From an uncultured virus (IMG/VR IMGVR_UViG_2824834302_000001) (taxonomy: Duplodnaviria > Heunggongvirae > Uroviricota > Caudoviricetes): a DNA stretch of 64,000 nucleotides. The stretch lies in IMG/VR virus record IMGVR_UViG_2824834302_000001; one strand, given 5' to 3'. The notes beneath the pieces were generated by a model. That model was not told the origin of the DNA. It did not search any database and worked only from the letters and a program-made list of their open reading frames with translations. The stretch's first letter is position 1, and each line of letters opens with the position of its first letter. Below are positions 34,318 to 42,500 of the stretch, one piece after another. Made by a program: the position numbers and the translations under genes.

Positions 34318-35718
34318 ATGTCTAAAATTGCAGAGCTGCAGCAGAAGCGCAGCAAGGCTTACGATGCATTCAAGGCGATCGCTGAGAAAGAGGATTTCAA
34401 TCCGGATACGGACAGCGCCGCATACGAAGAGGCCCGGAAGGCCGTTGCCTCCGCCGATGCGGAAATTGTGCGCGCCAAAGCCGTGCTCGAACTTTCTGCC
34501 TCGACCGCCCAGCCGGCGGCTGATCAGGAAAAGGTACCGGCAGCTGTCGAGACCGATCCTTACATCAAGGAAAAGTCTCTGATGCTGGGTGGCGTCGCCA
34601 AGATGATCGGCCGCGGTGGCGGTGACGTCTACAATGCGCAGCGCCACGCCAAAGAAGCCTATGGTGAAAACCACCCGGTGACCAAGGCGCTCATGGTTTC
34701 CACCGCCGGCGCCGGTGGCCTGCTTGTGCAACCCGACGTAATGAACGAGGTCATCCCGCTGCTGCGGGCGGCGGCCGTCGTTCGTGGCGCCGGTCCGCGC
34801 AATATTCCGATGCCGCGCGGCACGATGACGCTGCCCGGCCAGAACTCTGCCGCCACCGCTTCGTATGGCTCGGAGACGAAGACCATCGCCAAGTCGCAGC
34901 AGTCGCTCGGCCAGATCGTCGCCAGCTACAAGAAGCTGACTGCGCTGGTGCCGATCTCGAACGACATGATGCGCTATGCCGACCCGGCGATCGACGCCTT
35001 CGTGCGCGACGACCTGATCAAAGTCATGGCGCTGACCGAGGATCGCAACTTCCTGCTCTCCGACGGTGCCCAGGACACACCGCGCGGCTATCTCTCCTTC
35101 GCGAACGGCTGGGTCGCTCGCGGCGGCGGCACGGTCGGTGTCTTTAGCAAGACGGCCGCATCGACGCTCGCCGTGAATGGAGCCGATCCGCAGGATTCGA
35201 CCGGCGGCAACTTCATCACGTCGAGCTCGTCCTATACACTTGCAACCGTTGCTGCCGAACTCGGTGGCGCGGTCAACCGTCTCGACACGGCCAACGTTCC
35301 GGATTCCAAACGCGTCTGGTTCATGCACCCGCGTTCGTTCAACTATCTGTTCAACGTGCAGAATTCTCTCGGCGTCTATGTCTACCGCGACGAGCTTACC
35401 CGCGGCACGTTGCTCGGTTATCCCTTCAAGAAGTCGACGCAGATCGGCGCGAATTATTGGGATGCCACCGGCACCAACAAGGACCTCTCGTTCGTATTCC
35501 TGACTGAGATGACCGAAGACATGATCCTCGATTCGATGCAGCTCGAACTCGCAGTGTTCCGCGAGGGCAGCTACGTCGACGAAAACGGCAACACCATCTC
35601 GGCCATGGCGAACGACCAGACGATCATCCGTGCCATCGCCGAGCATGATCACCAGATCCGTCACGACGCCGCCGTCGCCGTGATCCAGGCCGTCCGCTGG
35701 GCTCCGGCCATCTCGTAA
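34318..35718 (+). CDS. HK97-fold major capsid protein
   Basis: N-terminal coiled delta domain, GGLLV, LTALVPISN, PRG, TLLGYP. Confidence 0.93.
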   Translation: MSKIAELQQKRSKAYDAFKAIAEKEDFNPDTDSAAYEEARKAVASADAEIVRAKAVLELSASTAQPAADQEKVPAAVETDPYIKEKSLMLGGVAKMIGRGGGDVYNAQRHAKEAYGENHPVTKALMVSTAGAGGLLVQPDVMNEVIPLLRAAAVVRGAGPRNIPMPRGTMTLPGQNSAATASYGSETKTIAKSQQSLGQIVASYKKLTALVPISNDMMRYADPAIDAFVRDDLIKVMALTEDRNFLLSDGAQDTPRGYLSFANGWVARGGGTVGVFSKTAASTLAVNGADPQDSTGGNFITSSSSYTLATVAAELGGAVNRLDTANVPDSKRVWFMHPRSFNYLFNVQNSLGVYVYRDELTRGTLLGYPFKKSTQIGANYWDATGTNKDLSFVFLTEMTEDMILDSMQLELAVFREGSYVDENGNTISAMANDQTIIRAIAEHDHQIRHDAAVAVIQAVRWAPAIS

Positions 35719-35783
35719 CCTCATGACGATCCCGCCGGCCCGGAAACGGGTCGGTCTCGTCCATCTTCACAAGGAAAATCGAC

Positions 35784-36257
35784 ATGACTTCGACGATTGT
35801 CACACAGCACAATATCGGCGGCCTTGGCTCGCTGAAGCGTCTCTCCGCCGGGGCTTCGGCAGTCGCTGCCGGCGCCGGCGACGCCACCACAACGACCGGC
35901 GTCACCATCGACCGCATGGGCTTCGGAATCGGCTCCATGCCGAACTCCTTGGCGGCGGCCGTGCTCTGGGATACGGTTCTTGCAACTGGCAAGACGCTTT
36001 CGATCGGCTATGCCGTGCAGGACAGTGCCGACGGCACCAACTTCTCGGACTATCAGACAGCCGCGGCCGCCGTGGTTGCCACGGGCTCGACCGGGGCATC
36101 TGCGCTCGCCGGCGAACTGCAGGTGGACGTGGATCTTCAGAGCGCCCGCCGGTTTGTCCGGTTCAACTCGCTGCCGGACCTTTCCGCGACGCAGACCGAT
36201 ACGGCCGTGACACGCGCCGCCGGCTTCTTCGCCGGTTTCGATCGCCTGCCGGCATAA
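35784..36257 (+). CDS. Putative head decoration/cement protein
   Basis: Ala/Thr-rich beta protein right after the capsid gene; TIDRMGF, QDSADG, RFVR. Confidence 0.6.
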   Translation: MTSTIVTQHNIGGLGSLKRLSAGASAVAAGAGDATTTTGVTIDRMGFGIGSMPNSLAAAVLWDTVLATGKTLSIGYAVQDSADGTNFSDYQTAAAAVVATGSTGASALAGELQVDVDLQSARRFVRFNSLPDLSATQTDTAVTRAAGFFAGFDRLPA

Positions 36258-36261
36258 CAGA

Positions 36262-37047
36262 ATGACGGCGCTCCCCGACGCGCTGGTCGGATCGGCCTCC
36301 ATACAGGCCGATCCTCAGCTTCAAATCCGGCTCGATCGCGCCAGGTCGCGATCGCTGATGATCTGCACGCCGATCGCACGCAATCCGGCGTGGGAATATA
36401 CAGCGAGCATCTGCTCGACCCTGCTGTTCCTTCGCGACCAGGGTATCAACTGCACGTTCCAGTTCGTTGTGGGCAGCTCGGTCGTGCACAAGGCGCGCAA
36501 CGAACTTGTGGCTCACTTTCTAGCGTCTCCCTACACCGACATGCTGTTCATCGACGATGACATGCAGTGGTCTCCGAACGATGTGCTTCGCCTCCTGGCG
36601 TCCGACAAGCCGCTGATCGGTGGTGTTGGCCGAATGCGGGTGCAAAAGCCGAACAGCGATCCTGCCGTGTGGTGCTGGCGTCCGATCATGGGTGCCGCCG
36701 GCTATGCCATTCAGGACGAGATGGGCGCGGTTGAAGTGCTCGGGTTCGGCGCCGCCTTCATGATGATCAACAAGGTGGTTTTCGACCGGATGATTACCGA
36801 GCATCCGGAATGGAAAAAATCCGGTCCCGATGATTGGGCGCCTGAGATCCGGCAGCACTATTTCGAGTTCTTTCGCCAGAACCATGAGGGCGAGCCCGGC
36901 GAGGTCAGCGAAGATTATGTCTTCTGCGACCGCTGGCGCCGACTGGGCGAACATGTGTGGGTCGATCCGACCATCAGTCTCGGTCACATCGGATCGTGGA
37001 ATTTCCGGGGCTCGGTCTCCGAAACGATGAGCCAAGCCGAACAATAG
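36262..37047 (+). CDS. GT-A fold (GT2-like) glycosyltransferase
   Basis: ARN, LFIDDDM (DxD), GAAFMMI, SEDYVFC, LGHIG motifs. Confidence 0.8.
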   Translation: MTALPDALVGSASIQADPQLQIRLDRARSRSLMICTPIARNPAWEYTASICSTLLFLRDQGINCTFQFVVGSSVVHKARNELVAHFLASPYTDMLFIDDDMQWSPNDVLRLLASDKPLIGGVGRMRVQKPNSDPAVWCWRPIMGAAGYAIQDEMGAVEVLGFGAAFMMINKVVFDRMITEHPEWKKSGPDDWAPEIRQHYFEFFRQNHEGEPGEVSEDYVFCDRWRRLGEHVWVDPTISLGHIGSWNFRGSVSETMSQAEQ

Positions 37048-37058
37048 AGGAAACTGCC

Positions 37059-37349
37059 ATGGATACCTCCATCGAAATTCGCCGCCTGCTCATCACGGCG
37101 GCGAGAGAGCTTTCGGCCCGCGACGGCGGGGCTGCGACGCGTGCTCACCTGATCGGGGCTTTTGGAGGCCTCGGCGCCATCCTCCGTCAGGAGTTCGATC
37201 GCGCTATGGCGCATGGCCCCGAGCATCTCGATGACGACGGCGAGCTGCTGGCGGCGCAGGCCGCCGAGAGCAAGGATATCGCCCAACCCGCCACCAGCGC
37301 CAAAGCAGCCAAGACGCCGCGCGCAAAGAAGAAGGATATCCCGGCATGA
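37059..37349 (+). CDS. Hypothetical protein
   Basis: GAGG SD; basic C-terminus. Confidence 0.55.
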   Translation: MDTSIEIRRLLITAARELSARDGGAATRAHLIGAFGGLGAILRQEFDRAMAHGPEHLDDDGELLAAQAAESKDIAQPATSAKAAKTPRAKKKDIPA

Positions 37350-37546
37350 AGCTCGTGGACCTGACAACCGATCTGCGGCCGTGGCGGAAGGGGGACTCGG
37401 TTCCCTTGCCGAACGATGTCGCGCGGACCCTCGTCGTTAACGGCGAGGCCAAGAACATGCGGCCGTTCAAGCCGGGAGCGCACGCCGCACCGCAGCCGGT
37501 TGAGCGGCCGAAGGGAACTTACCTGACCAAGGGCAAGGACGCCTGA
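37346..37546 (+). CDS. Small head-module protein
   Basis: GDSVPLPNDVARTLVVNGEA pattern typical of small post-capsid phage proteins. Confidence 0.55.
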   Translation: MKLVDLTTDLRPWRKGDSVPLPNDVARTLVVNGEAKNMRPFKPGAHAAPQPVERPKGTYLTKGKDA

Positions 37547-37547
37547 C

Positions 37548-37949
37548 ATGAACCTTCTCAATCTTGCAATTGCAGCCGCCGGGTCTGCTGTATCAGCTGC
37601 GACCAAGTTCAACGCCGCGCCGCGCAATCTCGCGGTGCAGGCGAAGTTCAATTATGGCTCCGGCGGCACGTCGGTCGACGTCTATCTGCAAACGTCCCTC
37701 GATGGCGGGCAGACCTGGATCGATATCGCCAATTTCCACTTCACGACGTCTTCAGCGACGGCGATCTTCAATCTATCGGCGGCTACCCCGAAGACGACGG
37801 CCGTGACGCCGACCGACGGCAGCCTTGCTGCCAATACCTGCGTCGACGGCATCCTCGGCGCTCAGTTCCGGACCAAAGTCGTTTCCGTCGGCACCTATGC
37901 CGGCAGCACGACGATCGCCATCGACCTCGTGACAGACCAGGCGGCTTGA
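37548..37949 (+). CDS. Putative second decoration/structural beta protein
   Basis: LQTSLDGGQTWIDIA Asp-box-like motif; Ser/Thr-rich. Confidence 0.55.
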   Translation: MNLLNLAIAAAGSAVSAATKFNAAPRNLAVQAKFNYGSGGTSVDVYLQTSLDGGQTWIDIANFHFTTSSATAIFNLSAATPKTTAVTPTDGSLAANTCVDGILGAQFRTKVVSVGTYAGSTTIAIDLVTDQAA

Positions 37950-37952
37950 CCA

Positions 37953-38600
37953 ATGGGCGTACGGGTCATTTCGACTGTGGTGACGCCAGCCGTTGGCGGC
38001 TATGACCTGACGACCCTCGATGTCGTCAAGGACGAGATGTCGATTACCGGCAACGCTCAGGATGCGACGCTGACGCGTTACATCAAGGCGGCGTCGGCGA
38101 CGATTTCGCAGTTCTGCAACCGAGTGTTCCAGAGCGAGACCATCAAGGATGAATTCTGGCCGGACCGCGAGCCTTATGCCTACCAGGTTGCCGGCGCCGT
38201 ACCGAGCCTGCAGCTGTCGCGGTGGCCGGTGACGTCAGTGACTGGTGTGACTGAGAACGGAATTGACCTGACGGTCGACGTCGACTTCAGGGTGGACAAG
38301 GCGAATGGCTCGCTGGTGCGCCTCGACGGGTTGGCATATCCCTGCCAGTGGCTGGCCTGGCCGATCGTCGCGACTTATACCGGCGGCTTCGCCGAGATCC
38401 CCGGCGATGTTTCCGATGCGGCTGTTCGCCTGGTCAAGGCGCGCTATTTGGCAAAGGGTCGGGATCCTTTCCTGCGGTCTGAAAGCATTCCGGATGTGCG
38501 CGATGTCAGCTACTGGATCGCGACTGGCGCCGACGCTGGCGCCCTGCCGCCGGATGTCTCCGACATCCTCGAAAACTATCGCCAGCCGGTGATAGCATGA
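37953..38600 (+). CDS. Head-tail connector (adaptor)
   Basis: LTTLDVVK...I.AAS..I.QFCNR, YTGGFAEIPGDV, ILENYR. Confidence 0.8.
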   Translation: MGVRVISTVVTPAVGGYDLTTLDVVKDEMSITGNAQDATLTRYIKAASATISQFCNRVFQSETIKDEFWPDREPYAYQVAGAVPSLQLSRWPVTSVTGVTENGIDLTVDVDFRVDKANGSLVRLDGLAYPCQWLAWPIVATYTGGFAEIPGDVSDAAVRLVKARYLAKGRDPFLRSESIPDVRDVSYWIATGADAGALPPDVSDILENYRQPVIA

Positions 38601-38923
38601 GCGCTCCAGAGATTGCGGCGCTCGATCGCGCGCTTGCGCGTGCCGGCGAAACCATTGTCCTTCGAAAGTCCAATGCGGCCTCGCCGTCGATTCAGATCAT
38701 GGCTCATGTTCGGAAGGTTTCGTCGGACGAGATCGATGGTACGACCATTCGGCAGAACGACAGGAAAGTGATTATCTCGCCGACTGGCTTGGAGGACTTC
38801 GGGCTGCCGCAGGCCGGCGGATTTGCGCTGATCGACAACGAGCCGCACGCCATCATCGGCAAGCCGGATTACATGAAGATGGCGGATACTGTCGTTCGCA
38901 TCGAGATGTTCGTGAAGGGCTGA
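38597..38923 (+). CDS. Head closure protein
   Basis: Position and size. Confidence 0.55.
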   Translation: MSAPEIAALDRALARAGETIVLRKSNAASPSIQIMAHVRKVSSDEIDGTTIRQNDRKVIISPTGLEDFGLPQAGGFALIDNEPHAIIGKPDYMKMADTVVRIEMFVKG

Positions 38924-38933
38924 CAGGGCGAGG

Positions 38934-39638
38934 ATGGCAAAGCTCACGATGGGCGAGACAATCCGCATCCTCAAGCAGGATACGGAGAAGTTGACGCAGC
39001 AGCTGATCGTCAGCACGGCAAAGCGCGAGCATGCGGCCATCATGGGTGAAGAACCAAGGCCCTCGTCCTTCATAAGGATCGTTGACGGCGTGGCCGGCGC
39101 TACGGAAGAGCGGGTGAAGGCGGACGGCGTCATCATCTATCAATATCAGCGGATTGCGGAGATCGTGCAGTTCGCCATGGAAACGCTGTTCGATTTCTCG
39201 CCGGTCCTGACGGGCGCCTATCGGAATGCACATCAGATGCTGCTGAACGGAAGGGCAGTCGCAAATCTCGCCAATTGGCGCTCGGGCGACGAGGTGATGC
39301 TTACGAACACACTGCCATACAGCCGCAAAATCGAAGTCGGCCGCATGAAAATGAAGGTTTCCGGGAGTTCTGAGGTCTATCAGCAGGCTCGCCGAAAGAT
39401 CACCTCCCGCTTCGGGAATGTCGTCAGCGTCCAGTTCACCTATCGTGCGGTGATCGATGGCGCCGGCGTCAATCAGAGCAAGGCGGCGTCATCCGGCGCG
39501 TCGTGGTGGCTCGGCCACGATGGAGCGGAGCGTGCCGCGTCCGGCGTGCTTGAAAGCGCGATCGCGAAGAGACACGGCAAGACCGCCCACAATCAAGCCG
39601 ACCGGCGCTTCCCGGTCATCATCATTACGGAGCGTTGA
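38934..39638 (+). CDS. Neck/tail-completion protein (HK97 gp10-like)
   Basis: SPVLTGAYR, NTLPYSRKIEVG motifs. Confidence 0.7.
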   Translation: MAKLTMGETIRILKQDTEKLTQQLIVSTAKREHAAIMGEEPRPSSFIRIVDGVAGATEERVKADGVIIYQYQRIAEIVQFAMETLFDFSPVLTGAYRNAHQMLLNGRAVANLANWRSGDEVMLTNTLPYSRKIEVGRMKMKVSGSSEVYQQARRKITSRFGNVVSVQFTYRAVIDGAGVNQSKAASSGASWWLGHDGAERAASGVLESAIAKRHGKTAHNQADRRFPVIIITER

Positions 39639-40093
39639 TGGCTAGCTATGCTGGGGCTGAAGCTGCGATCCGCGCCAAATTGGTGGCGGAATGGACGCTG
39701 ACGCGCATCGCCTTTGAAAATGAGGTTCCTGCCGATCCGTGGCCGCCTGTCGACGGCGACGCGGTACTGCAGCCATGGGTCAACCTCGAAATTCGTTGTT
39801 TGTCGTCGGAGATCTACGGACAGGGCAAGCAGGGAAGCCATCCTTACCAGTACCTCGGGATGATCTTCGTGCACGTGTTCGTTCCTGTTGGGTCGGGCAC
39901 CGAGCTCGCGAAGCAGTATGGCGATCAGATCGGCGAGATCTTCCGGCGCAAACAGTTCTACGACAGCGTTTCGCCGGGCTGCTACCTGCGCACCGAAGAT
40001 CCGTTCACGGCTGGCGGCGGAAGCGCATCCGACGATGGTAATTGGTTCGGCGCGACCATGACCTGCGCCTTCATCTATTGGCACCGCGGCTAG
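39638..40093 (+). CDS. Tail terminator-like protein
   Basis: IAFEN, PWV, VFVPVGSG motifs; precedes tail tube. Confidence 0.7.
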   Translation: MASYAGAEAAIRAKLVAEWTLTRIAFENEVPADPWPPVDGDAVLQPWVNLEIRCLSSEIYGQGKQGSHPYQYLGMIFVHVFVPVGSGTELAKQYGDQIGEIFRRKQFYDSVSPGCYLRTEDPFTAGGGSASDDGNWFGATMTCAFIYWHRG

Positions 40094-40152
40094 AGCGGTT
40101 CGGTTTCAACTTCCATCAACCCGCCTGGACGCGGACATCAAGGGAGCCTTCG

Positions 40153-41382
40153 ATGGCCTATTCTGAACAATGGAACGGCTATGTCGCCATCAAGGCGCAG
40201 GGCGCAAAGGGAACACCTGCCAGCGGCGCCGGCGCGCTGCTGCTCGGCACCTCGGGCGGCCAGGGCGGTCAGCTGACGAAGCAGTCGATCAACTCGAATA
40301 TCGTCCGCCAGGACGGTCAGCAGTTGCGCGGCCGTCACGGCTCGCGCCGTACAACCGGCGTCTACAACAGCGAGCTCGCTATCGGCCGCGCGGACCCGAT
40401 CTGGCAGGCGATCATGCGCAGCACATATTCCGCCGCCGATCTGGCCATCACTCAGGTCGACATGACCAGTGTCACGACGACGACAAGCACGATCGTCGCC
40501 GCCGCGGGCGACTGGATTGCCAAGGGGCTGCGGGTCGGCGACGTCATCCGCGCAACAGGCCTCCCGGATGCGGCGAATAACAGCCAGAACCTTCGCATCG
40601 TCGGGCTGACATCGTCCGTCATTACCGTGGCTGAGACCTTGGTCGCGAATGCATCGCCGGACACGGCTTTCAGCATTGTCCGTCCCGGTCGCATCCTCAT
40701 CAACGGCGCAGCGGGCGCGATGACGCGCACCTACTTCACGATCGAGGAGTATGAATACGATCTCGACAGCTCCGAAGTGTTTTCTGACGCGCGCTGGACG
40801 CGGGCGGCGCTCCGAATGCAGCCCGATGGTCTGCTCGACACCGAATACGGGTGGACTGGTACCGGCGCCATGAGCACGGCGACCGGCGCATCTGCACCGG
40901 TGTTTACGTCGCCGACAGACGTCACAACGCTTTCGCTGGCCGCGACCGAGGCGACGATCCGCCTGGGCTCCACCGACGTCGTCGACATCACCTCGTTCGA
41001 CATCGCCTTCGACCTGCAGCCGAATGCGCCGAGCACCATCAGCCCCGGCGGCCTGGCGCCCGATGTCTTCACGGGTGTCTTCCAGACGTCCATGAACCTG
41101 ACGATGCTGCGCAAGGACCTCCAGGCGCTCGCCGATTTCAGTTCCGAGGCGCAGTTCTCGCTGCATGTCCTCGGGCAAGAGAACGCGGCGGCGCCGGCTG
41201 CCTTCTTCTCCGTGTTCGTGCCGAATTTTACGCTGGGCAGTGTGGCAAAATCCGCCCTCAGCAAGGCGGGCGGCGCCCGTACCGTCACGATCGGGGTTCC
41301 TGCCGAGCTCGTCGGCAAGGATACACGCGGTGGCGCCTATGACGCCACCATGGTGAAACTGCAGGTCAGCAACGCGACCTGA
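40153..41382 (+). CDS. Major tail tube protein
   Basis: GGGAG SD, Thr-rich 409 aa, YFTIEE; upstream of chaperones and tape measure. Confidence 0.8.
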   Translation: MAYSEQWNGYVAIKAQGAKGTPASGAGALLLGTSGGQGGQLTKQSINSNIVRQDGQQLRGRHGSRRTTGVYNSELAIGRADPIWQAIMRSTYSAADLAITQVDMTSVTTTTSTIVAAAGDWIAKGLRVGDVIRATGLPDAANNSQNLRIVGLTSSVITVAETLVANASPDTAFSIVRPGRILINGAAGAMTRTYFTIEEYEYDLDSSEVFSDARWTRAALRMQPDGLLDTEYGWTGTGAMSTATGASAPVFTSPTDVTTLSLAATEATIRLGSTDVVDITSFDIAFDLQPNAPSTISPGGLAPDVFTGVFQTSMNLTMLRKDLQALADFSSEAQFSLHVLGQENAAAPAAFFSVFVPNFTLGSVAKSALSKAGGARTVTIGVPAELVGKDTRGGAYDATMVKLQVSNAT

Positions 41383-41402
41383 AACTCCAGAAGGAGATCC
41401 AG

Positions 41403-41609
41403 ATGGAAGCACTTGAAAAGGCCGTGCGTGATGCCGCCGAAACGCTCCAGCAGGCAGTCGATAAGGCAGTTGCGGCCGGCTACGTGGTGGTCTTTCCGCA
41501 GGCGGCGGGTCAACCCGTGACCGCCCTCTCGATCAGTTCGACTGCAAAGGTGGTCGAGGATGTCGCAACGGCAGCCACCCCGTCCGAGGCGGGCAAGAAA
41601 GCGAAATAG
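41403..41609 (+). CDS. Hypothetical protein
   Basis: AAGGAG SD. Confidence 0.55.
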   Translation: MEALEKAVRDAAETLQQAVDKAVAAGYVVVFPQAAGQPVTALSISSTAKVVEDVATAATPSEAGKKAK

Positions 41610-41709
41610 CAGGAATCGGCACCGAGAAGCCGATTAAAAATTGCGCGCAATGCGGAGGGGCGTTTCTCGGCGCCCCTCCGCTCTCCTTCCCGAGAAAAGG
41701 ACAGATACA

Positions 41710-42138
41710 ATGGACAATGCAGTTGAACTCGACGGCTTTCTGCCCACGGATGTCGCCGTCATCGAAATCGAGCGAAACGGCACGCCGACCGGCTGGAAAG
41801 TCACTCTGGCCGGCCCATCGCATGAAAAGTCGATCGCATGGAGCGACGCGGCAGCCCGCAAGGGCCTGCTCAAGCAGAAGCAAATCGAGAGCGCCCAGGT
41901 CAACGGTAAGAAGTATAAGCCGGACGAGATCTCGCCCGAAGAGGCACGGCGCGATAACGTCGCGTGGGTCGTCGCACGGATCGTCGACTGGACGCCCATT
42001 AAGATCGGCGGCGTTCTCTATGACGTCTCGAAGGCCAGTGAACTTCTGATCAAGCCGGAGATGGGCTGGGCCTATTCGCAGATCGTCGATTGGCTGGTGG
42101 AAGACAAGGCTTTTACACCGCGCTCTGCGACGAGCTGA
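41710..42138 (+). CDS. Tail assembly chaperone (G-like)
   Basis: Position; IVDW motif; overlapping -1 ORF follows. Confidence 0.7.
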   Translation: MDNAVELDGFLPTDVAVIEIERNGTPTGWKVTLAGPSHEKSIAWSDAAARKGLLKQKQIESAQVNGKKYKPDEISPEEARRDNVAWVVARIVDWTPIKIGGVLYDVSKASELLIKPEMGWAYSQIVDWLVEDKAFTPRSATS

Positions 42139-42500
42139 TCGCTTTCGCCGAGCGCCGCTTTGCGCTGAACATCGTCGGCAAGGACGGGGTGACGCATTTT
42201 GATCGGGTGAAAGCTCTGCTGAAGCGGACCCGGAATCCGGAGAAAAGGGCGAAGCTGGAGGCGGAAATAAAGCTTCCGTCCTTTCCCCAGCCTCTCGCCT
42301 ATCTCTGGACAGCTTATCATCGCATCCGCCGCCGCAAGGGCGTCGGATTTGCCGGCCCCGAACCGATCGGATGGTCGGATATTGAAGCCTTTAACCGCAT
42401 GACGCGCATGCGGCTCGCCCCATGGGAAGTCGAGGTGATTGAAACCCTCGACAATCTCTACCTCGATGCCAAGGAAACGGATCTAGACGACGATGGCTGA
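42105..42500 (+). CDS. Tail assembly chaperone C-terminal extension (T-like), probably via -1 frameshift
   Basis: -1 frame overlap without a good start; PIGWSDIEAF...LAPWEVEVIETLD. Confidence 0.65.
   Translation, partial: QGFYTALCDELIAFAERRFALNIVGKDGVTHFDRVKALLKRTRNPEKRAKLEAEIKLPSFPQPLAYLWTAYHRIRRRKGVGFAGPEPIGWSDIEAFNRMTRMRLAPWEVEVIETLDNLYLDAKETDLDDDG

Noticed and set aside
32678..35724. Long antisense ORFs (e.g. 32678-34276, 34312-35724; also 21910-23247, 40138-41412)
   Set aside because: Shadow ORFs opposite well-supported genes, expected in high-GC DNA; no motifs or SD
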